From: Selaginella moellendorffii
Lineage: Eukaryota; Plantae; Lycopodiophyta
Direction of reading: 5' to 3'
Length of the DNA stretch: 64,000 nucleotides
Assembly: GCF_000143415.4 (NCBI RefSeq)
Contig: NW_003314373.1
Span: 390,876 to 454,875, forward strand
Made by a program: the position numbers and the translations under genes. Below, piece after piece: positions 14,288-25,499 of the stretch (the first letter of the stretch is position 1; every line of letters begins with the position of its first letter). The notes beneath the pieces are model-generated. The model made no database searches. It saw only the letters and a program-made list of their open reading frames with translations, and was not told the DNA's origin.

Positions 14288-14876
14288 TGACTTGAGAGAC
14301 AATCCATGGGGTTCAAATATAGAGGGAAAGGGCCCATGAACAAGAGTGCACCCCTTTTTCCAATCGATTAAGGGTCTTGGGATAGTTGGAGTTAAGCGTC
14401 CTTGGGTTTGAATAGTACTAGGCTAGGTGACCTCCCGGGAAGTCCAAATTCAGGAGCTTACATTTGGTATCAGAGGGGTCTTGGGTCCGACTCTGTTGGT
14501 TGGCTAGGGGAATCGCACCACATGTTGATTGACATCTGGCTGATTGACATCTAGCTGGTCCAGTTTGCTCCTGCTGGGCTCGACCCGAGGGGTAGGGTGT
14601 CAAGAGAGCGAGGCTCTCGAGAGAGCTGTGGCTCTCAGCTTCCGTTCACGAGGGCGTGAACTTGCAAGGAAGCGTGGTGGATTGTAAGCAACCAAAGAGA
14701 ACGACTTGAGAGACGATCCATGGGGTTCAAATATAGAGGGAAAGGGCCCATGAACAAGAGTGCACCCCCTTTTCCAATCGGTTAAGGCTCTTGGGATAAT
14801 TGGAGTTAAGCGTCATTAAGTTTAAATAGTACTGGGCTGGGTGACCTCCCAGGAAGTCCAAATTTAGGAGCTTACA
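14288..14876 (+). mobile_element. TRIM (terminal-repeat retrotransposon in miniature)
   Basis: Direct repeats 14288-14462 (5'-truncated) and 14683-14876 (TGTAAG..CTTACA); PBS TGGTATCAGAG; purine-rich tract before 14683; ~220-bp non-coding interior; absent from the paralogous site at ~20340. Confidence 0.9.
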
Positions 14877-15137
14877 CCAACCCCCTAGTAAAGCAAGGTT
14901 GGGTTCAAGTCCCAACCCCATACTAAGGCGTGGTGGGGTGAGGAGTATAGAGACACCTATATTCTGTTGTCATGGGCTCTTGGCCGGGGAGGCTAACTTA
15001 GGCACACCGTGGCCGGGGAGGCTAACTTAGGCACATCGCTAAGTGGGGAGATGCCCCCGGAGACATGGTCAACAAGTCGTAGGATAAAAAAGAGACGTTC
15101 AATGTGGGCATCAAACTTCTTCTATGGGTGGTGGAGT

Positions 15138-16156
15138 TGTAAGGAACCATAAGGAGTATAGGGGCACCTATATTCTATGTCATGGGCTCTTGGCCGGGGA
15201 GGCTAACTTAGGCACACCGCTAAGTGGGGGGATGCCCCCGGAGACATGGTCAACAAGTCGTAGGATAAAAAAGAGACATTCGAGGTCAACAAGTCAAACC
15301 AACGAGACCGAATCCGAAGTCGGGTCTGAGATCGAGTCCAAGATCGAGCCCGAGACTGAGTCCGAGTACTAATCAGGTCAAGGGGTGAAAGCCCAAAGCG
15401 TGTGTCTCCCGAGGGGGGGGGCTGCAGGGGGTTCCAAAAGTATAGTAGGGATAGTGAGGTCCAGGAACTAGTTTTGAAGGAACTCTCCAGTGGGGCTTCC
15501 AAACTGACTTGAGGTTGGGATTGGGACCGAGGGGCCTTGGGTGGGAGTGAGCATGGACTTGGTTGGTGCCAGAGGGGCCATCCAAGGAAGTGCTCAAAAG
15601 CAACTCCCACTCCCGAAAGGGAAACCGATTGCGGTGCTCCCGGTTCATGTGGAGTGGTGCCCCACTTGAGTACCTTGTGGCTCATTGGTCCTCGCCCTTC
15701 CTAGGGGCTTGGGCCTTCCCTTTGGGATGGAAGTGGGGGGGCAGAGGTACCCATACCAGGCCATTAGGCCACGGTGTTTCGCCCTAGTGTCCCGAAGCAA
15801 GTGTTGCACCCAAGACTTGGGATTTAAATAGTCCCATGATCAAGTCTTGTGGTACCAAGGGATGTTAAGAACTTGGAAGATTGGTGTGCTTGGCTGCTTG
15901 TGTTTGCGGGGAGTGTAGCCGAACCTTAAGTCCAGTCTAACCCGGGGAGGGGGATTGGGAGAGATTTGGGAATCTATGGATGGATGGCTAATACTCCGTT
16001 GCTCGTGTAGTGAGTAGCTGAAACCAAGTAGGACCAAGTAGGAGCTAGTACCATAGGCAGGAACCTTGGTGAGGGAACTTAACAAAAGCCAAGGCAGTGT
16101 TGGACGAATAGACGAGGTAAGCTGGCAAATTGGAAAAGAAAAATTTGTGGCTTACA
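15138..16156 (+). repeat. LTR A2 (3' LTR of the inner copy; 5' part replaced by a duplicated 3'-UTR segment)
   Basis: TGTAAGGAACC at 15138, then a copy of the 14940-15100 UTR block, LTR body from ~15300, ends CTTACA followed by AAGGT. Confidence 0.85.
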
Positions 16157-18800
16157 AAGGTCTCACTTGGTCCTTGTGAAGCTGATCCTCAAAGTACGGC
16201 TTGAGTAAGTTCACATGGAACACTGGGTGCATCTTCCCCATCTCTCGAGGAAGTCAAAGATGGTAAGCCACTTTACCGATTCGTGCCTCAATCTCATAAG
16301 GCCCCGCGAACTTGCTCAAAGAACTCAAGATAAGTTCATTTCCAGAAATACATGCATTTTACCTTTGGGTCAACTTCCGATTGATCCCACTTGGTAGCCT
16401 TAGGTTCTTGGTGTTCAACCACACCTTCTCCCCATGTTGGAACTCTATGTCCTAGTGCCTCTGGTTCACATACTTGGTTTGTCTTTATTGAGCCCGTTTT
16501 AAGGAATCCCTCACTAGATTCCAAATATTGGGTCTTTCTGCTGTGAATGCCTCCACTGCGGGTAACTCTCTATGATACTCGGCCATGTCGAGTTCCACAT
16601 GACCTTCAATAGCTCACCCATTGATGACTTCCCATAGACTCACCCCGATACTTGAGTGTGGTGAGTTGTTATAGCACATTTCCCCAAGTCCCAAATGACT
16701 TATCCAATCAGTCTAGTCTTCGGAGATATAACATCGTAAATAATCCTCTAGCTGCCTATTCACCCTTTCCATTTGTCCATCTGTCAAGAAGTGTTAGTGC
16801 CATCCAACTTGACTTAATACCTAATACCTATCTGTGGGTGATAGGCTGTGTTGAATTTCAACTTGGTGCGATACTATTTCAGGAGAGTTCTTCAGAACCT
16901 ATTGGTGAAGATCTTATCTCAATCTGAGATGATCTCCTCTGGTCTTCCCCACACTCGAACCACTTGTTCGAAGAACAGTTTCGCTACACCTTCCGCATCC
17001 ACTTCCATTGTGGTGGGTATGAAATGTGCCATCTTAAAAAATTGGTCCACCACCACGAATATCGCATCAAACCCCTCACTTGGGGGAAGTCCCGTGATGA
17101 AGTCCATCGTAAGGCATTTCCACGGACGATCTGGAATTGGGATGCTTTATAACAAGCCCCCACTAACCTTAGTCACGACTTTGACCTACTGACATGTTGG
17201 ACATGTCTTACATAGTCTTGGACGTCCTTAGCTATATCTGGCCAGTGATACTTCCTCTTAAGTAGGCCCATATGTCAAATCCCACCATGTCCAACACAGT
17301 AAAACCATGTCTACTTTCCATGTCCCTACTTCGACTCTTGCTTGTCGAAGTATCTCATTGGTGCTTTGACTACCTTGAACAAATTCTATCGTCCTTGGTT
17401 CACCCAACTGCTGCACCGTTAGTCCAGCTTGCCAAACTATGTCTGCAGCCACAAAATTATCCGAAGCACCCATGTTAATAAGGATCTTAACAAAGCTACC
17501 TCCGAACTTCCTTTGGAGGGTTAGTAGATGTTGCGAATGATTCTCTACCAAAGTTACTCGTGTAATGAGTAACTTTGAGTTAGGGACTGGATCACGTACC
17601 TTAGTTTAGATTTCACCCGACTTAATGGCCATATTGGCTCTGGCCTTCTTCGGGTAGGGACATTCTCTCGAGAAGTGTCCCGCTTTGCCGCAGTTGTAGC
17701 ATACGTTGTTTCTCATGCTGCTAGTAGACTTGAACTTTTATCCATGGGTTTATCTCTTTTTGGTTGACTCCCCCAAATACTTGCTCGCTGGCCACCAAAT
17801 CTGCCTTTTCGGAACCCCAAGGACTCATTCTTAAAGAAACTCTTCTTAAATTTCCCTTTGTTGTATGTTCCCCTTGGTTTGGCCCCTTTGCTAAACATGG
17901 ACCCCGACCCCGTCATGTTCCCCTTTCACAGGTTATCATTGAAATGCACATTGATAGGCACATCCAACGCTTCCTTGTAATTGGTCGGGTTCAAATGCAT
18001 CACCCCGCCACGAGCCCAGGTTTGCAAGCCTGATACGAAGACATAGAATACATCCATATCACCCATATCCGTGACAAGTATCCCCTTTGCCATAAACAAA
18101 TTCACATACTCTTGAATGGTTCCAGTCTGCAGCCTACTCAGTTCATCCCTTAGGTGCAGAGTAGCATTTGGAGGAACGTAAGTTGCACGGATTCTCGCCT
18201 TCATCATTTCCCAAGTGGCCACCGGTCCTTTGTTAGCCTTTGTCATTCTCCACCAAGACTTGGCATTATCTGCCAAGTATGGTTTTGCACATGGGACCTT
18301 CTCCGAGCTCGGTAACCGCAACGCTCGGAAGTAGTCCTCCATATTGTAAAACCAATCCTCCACCACCTTATAGATGTTCACTCCCTTGAATATCGGTGGG
18401 GGCTTTGGTTTGTACTTGGGAACAGCCTGAGGGACTGATTCCACTTCGGTCTGTTCGACCTTGTTTGGTTCTGCCTCAGTCCCTACCGAAGGGTCTGCAC
18501 CTTCTGCGCTGCCAGCATCCGCAGTCTTTCGCTTTTTCTTCCGCTTCTCGTCACGCTTTAGTTTGCGTACGAGAGTCTCCAGCAGGGCATTGGTCTATGC
18601 CAACTGTCCTTCTAGAACATCCAATCAAGCATTGGACGACCGAACCTCGCCACCGGACTCTTGTTTAGAAGTTTCTTCACTAGAGTCCTCCTCATGCAAG
18701 GATTCCTCATCCATAGCATCTTGTTCGACCGGAGGCTCCAGCTCTAGAGGAGGTTCCATCTCCGCCTTGGTTCGTTTCTGCCCTGCCTTTGCCATCTCCC
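16157..18800 (-). pseudogene. second gag-protease/integrase copy with RT and RNase H deleted
   Basis: Minus-strand paralogue of 9369-10880 joined at ~17270 directly to the paralogue of 12773-13885. Confidence 0.88.
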
Positions 18801-18854
18801 AGCAATCCGCCTCTATCCTTCGCTAGAACTAAGGAAAAGGCTCCAATACCAAAT

Positions 18855-19935
18855 TGTAAGCTACAAATTTTTCCTTTCCAATTTGCCAACTTACCTCGTC
18901 TATCCGTCTAACACTGCCTTGGCTTTTGCTAAGTTCCCTCGCCGAGGTTCCCGCCTATGGTACCAATTCCTACTTGGTCCTACTTGGTTTCAGCTACTCA
19001 CTGCACGAGCAACGAAGTGTTAACCATCCATCCACGGATTCCCAAATCTCTCCCAATCCCCCTCCCCGGGTTAGACTGGACTTAAGGTTTAGCTACACTC
19101 CCCGCAAGCACAAGCAGCCAAACACACCAATCTTCCAGGTTCCTAACATCCTTTAGTACCACAAAACTTGATCATGGGACCCTCTAAATCCCAAGTCTTG
19201 GGTGCAACACTTGCTTCGGGATGCTGGGGCGAAACATCATGGCCTAACGGCTTGGTATAGGTACCTTTACCCCCCCACATCCATCCCGAAGGGAAGACCC
19301 AAGCCCCTAGGAAGGGCGAAGACCAATGAGCCACAAGGTACTCAAGTGAGGCACCATTTCACATGAGCCGGGAACACCGCAATCGGTTTCCCTTTCGGGA
19401 GTGGGAGCTGCTCTTGAGCACTTCCTTGGATGGCCCCTCCGGCACCAACCAAATCGATGCTCACTCCCACCCAAGGCCCCTCAGTCCCAGTCCCAACCTC
19501 AAGTCAATTTGGAAGCCCTACTGAAGAGTTCCTTCAAAATTGGTTCCTGGACCTCACTATCCCTACTATACTTTTGGAACCCCCTGCAGCCCCCCCCCCC
19601 CCCCCGGGAGACGCACGCTTTGGGCTGTCACCCCTTGACCCGTATTAGTACTTGGACTCAGTCTTGGGCTCGATCTTGGACTTGATCTCAGACCCGACTT
19701 CAGATTCGGTCTTGGACTCGACTTCGGACTTGACTTTGGACTCGATCTCGGACCCGATTCTCGGATCTCGGACTTTGTCTCGAACTCGGTCTTCGAGTCA
19801 GCCTCGGACTCTATTCTTAGAGTCGATCTTGGACTCGGTCTCAGACTTGGTCCCATCCGATGAACTCTTTGTCATTTTGGTCATGCTTTCGGGGATCCTT
19901 TAGCTTACAACACCTCGAGGAGTTGGTTCCTTACA
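18855..19935 (-). repeat. LTR A3 (5' LTR of the inner copy, antisense)
   Basis: Reverse complement of the family A LTR; PBS on its left; flanked by ACCTT at 19936-19940. Confidence 0.9.
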
Positions 19936-20570
19936 ACCTTTACCTGAGGTTATCCAAAGGGAAGAGGAATACAAAGTTGAGGCCACCCTCAATGTGTGCA
20001 AGAGCAAGTGACAAGGACACGAGGTGAGAGAGTTCCATATGAAGTGGAAAGGATTTCCACATTGTGAAGCAACATGGGAACCGGAGGAGAATCTAGCGAA
20101 TGCGTGAGATCTAATGGAGGAATTTCTGCAAGGCAGAACACTATATATTTATGCAAAGTTCAATTAAAAGTATCAATTTGTGAAGTTGAGCAATTGCATA
20201 TGTTGGGACCCGAAGGCACGCCGAAGGTAAGCTAATTAGCATGGGTTAGCTAGGTTGACCAGGCATAGAAAACTACCCCTAACTCCCCGTGGGGATGTCA
20301 AATCCATAAACATATTCTATGGAGGTTGGGTTCAAGTCCCAACCCTCTAGTAAAACAAGGTTGGGTTCAAGTCTCAACCCCATACTAAAGCATGGTGAGG
20401 GAAGGGGTGTAGGGACACCTATACTCTGTTGTCATGGGCTCTTGGCCGGGGAGGTTAACTTATGCACACTGCTAAGTGGGGGGATGCCCTCGGAGACATG
20501 GTCAACAAGTCGTAGGATTAAAAAGAGGTGTTTGATATGGGTATTGAACTTCTTTTATAGGGGGTGGAGT

Positions 20571-21678
20571 TGTAAAAAACCGACTCCCCGAGGTGTTGAA
20601 GGCTAAAGGATCCCCGAAGGCACGATAAAAATGATAAAGAGTTCATCGAATGAGACTGAGTCCGAGACCGACTCTAAGACCGAGTTTGAGACTAAGTTCG
20701 AGATCAAGTCCGCGACCGACTCCGAGACCGAGTGCGAGATTGAGTCCGAGACCGAGTTTGAGACCGAGTCCGAGATCCGATATTGGGTCTGAGACTGAGT
20801 CCGAGATCGAGTCCGAGACTGAGTCCGAGACCAAGTCCAAAGTCAAGTCCAAAGTCGAGTCCGAAATCGAGTCCGAGACCGAGTCTGATTACTAATACAG
20901 GTCATGGGGTGAAAGCCCAAAGCGTGTGTCTCCCAGGGGGGGGGGGCTGCAGGGGGTTCCAAAAGTATAGTAGGGATAATGAGGTTTAGGAACCAATCTT
21001 GAAGAAACTCTCCAGTGGTGCTTCCAAACTGACTTGAGGTTGAGACTGGGGCTAAGGGGCCTTGGGTGGGAGTGAGTATGGACTCGGGTGGTGCTGGAGG
21101 GGCCACCCAAGGAAGTGCTCAAGAGCAGCTCCCACTCTCGGAAGGGAAACTACGGTGCTCCCGGCTCATGTAAAGTGGTGCCCCATTTGAGTACCTTGCA
21201 GCTCATTGGTCTTCACCCTACCTAAGGGCTTGGGCCTTCCCTTTGGGATGGAAGTGGGGGGGTAGAGGTACCCATACCGGGCCGTTAGGCCACGGTGTTT
21301 CGCCCCAGTATCCCGAAGTAAGTGTTGCACTCAAGGCTTGGGATTTAAAGGGTCCCATGATCAAATTTTGTTGTACCAAGGGATGTTAAGAACCTGGAGG
21401 CTTGGTGTGCTTGGCTGCTTGTGCTTGCAGGGAGTGTAGCCGAACCTTAAGTCCAGTCTAACCCAGGGAGGGGGATTGGGAGAGATTTGGGAATCCGTGA
21501 ATGGGTGGCTAACACTCCATTGCTCGTGCAGTGAGTAGCTGAAACCAAGTAAGACCAAGTAGGAGCTGGTACAATAGGTGAGGAACATTTGCAAGGGAAC
21601 TTAGCTAAAGCCAAGGCAGTGTTGGTCGGATAGACGAGGTAAGCTGGCAAATTGAAAAGGAAAAATTTGTGACTTATA
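20571..21678 (+). repeat. LTR A4 (3' LTR of the outer family A copy)
   Basis: Preceded by a chromodomain remnant (19941-20130), the 3' UTR and PPT GGGGTGGAGT. Confidence 0.9.
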
Positions 21679-23419
21679 GAAATGTGTGTTTAGATCCAAG
21701 GATACAATGTATCTTGGGTACCATATTTCTCATAAAGGTTTGCAAGTTAATCCTGACAAACTTGAGCTCTTCCTTCTTTACTCTTTTCTCATGTTTTTGA
21801 AGAGTTTGTCATTCCAGCATCTATAGATTTTTTGGATGAGGATTCCATACTGTTGGTGATTGTTGTACTTAATGTTCAATGTCAACAAAGTGTGAAGCAA
21901 GATTTACCTTTTCTTGACGAGGTTCGTGAAGCTCAAAAGATTGAGCCATGGATTCGAAGGATTCGTGATGGGTTTGAGAATCCTACATCATTTGCAAATG
22001 ACTTGCCATTTCAACATTTACATTCTCAATATCACCTTGAGAGCAGTCTTCTTTATTTTATGAAAACGGATCCTAATGATCATTTATGGCTGGTGGTGCC
22101 TTTGATCTTTATTCCATACTTTCTCCACTCCTACCATGATTCTCCTATTCTAGGCAGGTATATGGGACATTGTCATATGACTAAGAAGCTGCGTAGGTCT
22201 TTCTATTGGATAGGATGTGATGTTATCTAGTATGTGCGTAGCTATGTTTGGTGCCAAGCTTGTAATACTCCCTCTCGTATTGTGGAAGGACAGTTAAAGT
22301 CAATTGTAATTCCCATTCATTTGAGTTGATAGCATTTGATCTAATAGGGCCTTTTTCACGATCGACTATTGATAATAAGTATGTCATTATTGCTTTTGAC
22401 TACTTAACTCATTAGGTGGAAGTCGGTGCTCTTGCTAGTGCATTTGCAATTGCTATTGGATACTTCCTCCTTAATCAAGTGGTGTTTCAGCATTTCTTTC
22501 TAGAACGAATTCTTTTGGATAATGATCCTACATTTACGGCTGAGGCATTTCACATTTTGATGTTTTGGTTAGGGATATGCCACACTTTCACAAGTGCTTA
22601 TCATACACAATTAAATGGTTTGGTGGAATAGCTCGAACCTTCAAAGGGATGGTTGCAAAGTATATGAACTTTCAATATTTAGATTAAAATGATTATTTAC
22701 TGTTTCTTTAGTATGCATATGTCATAGGGGTGTAGAGTTTTATTGGTGCTTCACCATATAAACTTTTATATGGTCATGATCTAATACTACCAATGGAGTT
22801 GAGTTTACCTTTGCGATTGCCACGAGCTATTAATGCTAAATATTAGGATTAGTATTTGACGAGCATTCTCCCACTTGTCTGAGCAAAGTCTACCAAACAC
22901 TTGGGCTATGTACAAGTGGGACAACAACAGCGCTACAACTCCCATCATCATCCACTTGCCAAATACAAAGTGGATGATTTAGTGTTACTCCGTTTTCCTA
23001 ATCTTACAGTATATGGTTTGTCTAAGGGGCTGTTTGCTCAGTGGAAGGGAATGTATCAAGTGTTATGGCAAGTTAGACTGCAAGCTTATGAGGTTCAACA
23101 TAATGTCCAATAGGCTGATCCTCCAAAAATTATACATATACAACAGCTGAAACACTTCATACAAAGAGATCAAGAAAACTAGTGCCACCTATAAATCCAT
23201 CAATGCTTTCTCCTGATGCTCCTCTAGATCTTGGTTTGTCCATTGTCTTTTATTATTCTGAGAGGAGGGGATGATGTGAGGTTCAAGTGTACAATACCGT
23301 ATATTAATATTAGTGTAGTGGGATTTTGATAGTCATCAGATTGGTTTCAATCCAAACCACTCGTTTTTACATATAAGCTAGGGTTTTTGGGCTAATTTAT
23401 ATGCATATTTATATATTAT

Positions 23420-24850
23420 CTTCCCATATTCCATAAACTCACATTATATTATTTCAAGTTCATTGCTCATGTACATGGTTTTAAAGAAATTATCTCTCTC
23501 TCTTTTGTTTCTCCGATTTTGAAAGAAAAACTTGATTTTGAACTCTCTTTTTTGTGTTGCTCAAATGAAACAATGATGGTCTGGAAAAACAATCATAGAT
23601 ATGTTTGCCGACGTATTTAGGCAAAAGCTGTATGAGTACTATGTGAGTTTTTCCTTGGAAAGAAAAGATCAAACTAGCCATTTTTCTTGTAGGTTGATGC
23701 TGTTTGATCAGGCTGGATTTTGGTAGAGGATAGAAAATGTGATAGCGAATATAGAGATCAAATGATACAAAAACTAATCCACTTCATTCACAAGTGCTTC
23801 ACATCACTTCTAAAGTCCTTTCATTGATCTCTAGTCTTTTTGATAGCCAAACATGAGCCACTGGTTCTAGCTGAGGGTATTGTAAATCTCCACAAGAGAC
23901 ACGAAGTTCTCACAATATCCAAGGCAGCATCTATACTAGTGAGTGCCAAAAACTTCTATTGCTTGCAAGGAAGAAAACTTGGAGCAATTGTACTTTAGGT
24001 CCATACTTAACCAGTATTGCAAGAACACTGTGCTTGGCATTTATTCTATAAGTTAGCTCTTTTAATGCATTTTTTCTTTTAACTCTTTTATCTTCTATCA
24101 GCAGTTCAAGCTTTCCTTGCTATTTAAATTTTGCTGTCTCTGTGTGATGCTTGAAGATCAAGAATGGTAGAGTTTTCAAAGTATATATTGTTAAAGTTAT
24201 TGGCATGTTTCCAGAAGAAGAGGTTAAAAACCACTCTTGATCACTCTCTTGTCTCTCTTTACTCCCATGATAGTAGGAGGTTGGTAATACTAGTTATTTT
24301 TGTTTGTCTTTGCCTAAGTTTGTTAAGAAACTGGTTAGCACGTGTGCATTTAAACCGGAAAGGCATTAAGGAAGGAAATCCTAAATTGTCATTAAATCAA
24401 ATATACTTGACATAGTGATTAGAAACTCATTTTGTTAATTTACACATAAGATTTTTCTTAAGTGAATGCTACATTTCATTATGATGCATGGGAAGGGAGC
24501 AGCATTATAAAGGTAAACATCATGTTTGTAGGGAGTTTTTTATTGCAGCTCTCAAGTTTTCCAAGTTTACAAAGAACAGGATAGCAAAGGAAAAGAAGCT
24601 TGTACAAGGTTTATGCATCTGGAGTGTCCAGCATCATTGAATACAAACCTCTAACAGGAAGAACTCACCAGGCAAGCAAAGTAAGGCTTACTATCAGTGA
24701 ACTCGAGGTTGACCAATATAAAACAATTGTCACTGACAAAAACTGTGCTTGGAAACCAAGATCAAGATTGCATTTGTAAAGTATGAGTAGCTTTATTTTA
24801 TGAAAGCATGGAGCTGGCTCTTAGGGTATGTCAATCCATATTTCTTTTTA
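23420..24850 (+). pseudogene. decayed RluA-family RNA pseudouridine synthase (plant pseudouridine synthase 7 / RPUSD2-like)
   Basis: Collinear exon remnants: WSGKTIIDMFADVF, HEPLV, VLTISKAASI, KNTVLGI, YIVKVIGMFPEEE, HYDAWEGSS, GKEACTRF, KPLTGRTHQ; stops and frameshifts. Confidence 0.75.
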
Positions 24851-25289
24851 TCATTGCCACAAGAAAATGTTAGAATTGAAAGAGACTAGCTCATGATCCA
24901 GTCACTTATTTGGTTTAATTAAATATAAATGAAAAATGAAAACCTAGCTGTTAATTAAAACTAAAACTAAAATATACAACATATGGTAAAATCAAACCAT
25001 ATTAAAATACTACATCAGTGCACCTCTTGGTCCATATACCAAGAGGTGCATATAATACCATTGACTGAGCTAATTTATTTGTTAAAATAAATTCCTTCAT
25101 CTATTTAAGATCTTATTTAAGCATAGATAGGCAAGTGTTGAAGTGGACTTCAAACACAATAAATTTAAATTCTAATGATATTGTTGTGATTGAGCTAAAT
25201 GCACATTGGGAACTTATCCTGATCACCAACTCCTAGCATGTAGAAGATCTCTCTTGATTGAGGTGTTACTAGACAGATTGGATAACTTG

Positions 25290-25499
25290 ATGTACGTTGC
25301 CTGAGTCATTAACTTCCTTGGGCAACCTAAATCTAATGATAAGCAACTTTACTGTGTTAGTTGCATTTTCCTGCTTCAAGGGTAATGCCTCAACCTCAAC
25401 CCACTTTGTGACATAATCAGTAGCAATTATGGTATACTTGTTCTCTTTGCTACTAGGAACAAATCTAACTTTTGCCACTTTTCTGGCACTTTTATATAG
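25290..25499 (-). mobile_element. Ty3/gypsy integrase fragment
   Basis: NKYTIIATDYVTKWVEVEALP...IIRFRLPKE, an rve-type motif. Confidence 0.7.

Larger units (their letters stand above)
8214..21678 (+). mobile_element. chromovirus-type Ty3/gypsy complex (family A): two same-family copies, nested and rearranged
   Basis: Four ~1.0-1.1 kb LTRs; PBS TGGTATTGGAGC after 9309 and in reverse complement before 18855; PPTs before 15138 and 20571; gag-pol with C-terminal chromodomain. Confidence 0.9.
5788..23413 (+). mobile_element. old Ty3/gypsy element with short (~140 bp) LTRs, interrupted by nested elements at 8214-21678
   Basis: LTRs 5788-5927 and 23275-23413 (TGTGAGGTTCAAGTGT...ATGCATA); degenerate PBS after 5927; PPT GAGAGGAGGGG before 23275; decayed RT at 7600-8210 (DVYPLP, KLDL, FGLNNAP) and integrase at 21830-23170; near-TSD tactat/tattat. 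Confidence 0.8.

Noticed and set aside
14288-14876. TRIM as a retrozyme (hammerhead) or Cassandra (5S-containing) element
   Set aside because: No CTGANGA..GAAA hammerhead core and no 5S rRNA segment seen in its LTRs
18904-18918. CCGTCTAACACTGCC resembles the 5' part of the rice twister ribozyme
   Set aside because: The required downstream partner strands and loop are not present at usable spacing
8209-21683. TSD for the family A complex
   Set aside because: Flanks AGAGT and GAAAT do not form a clean duplication; boundaries rest on the LTR ends only
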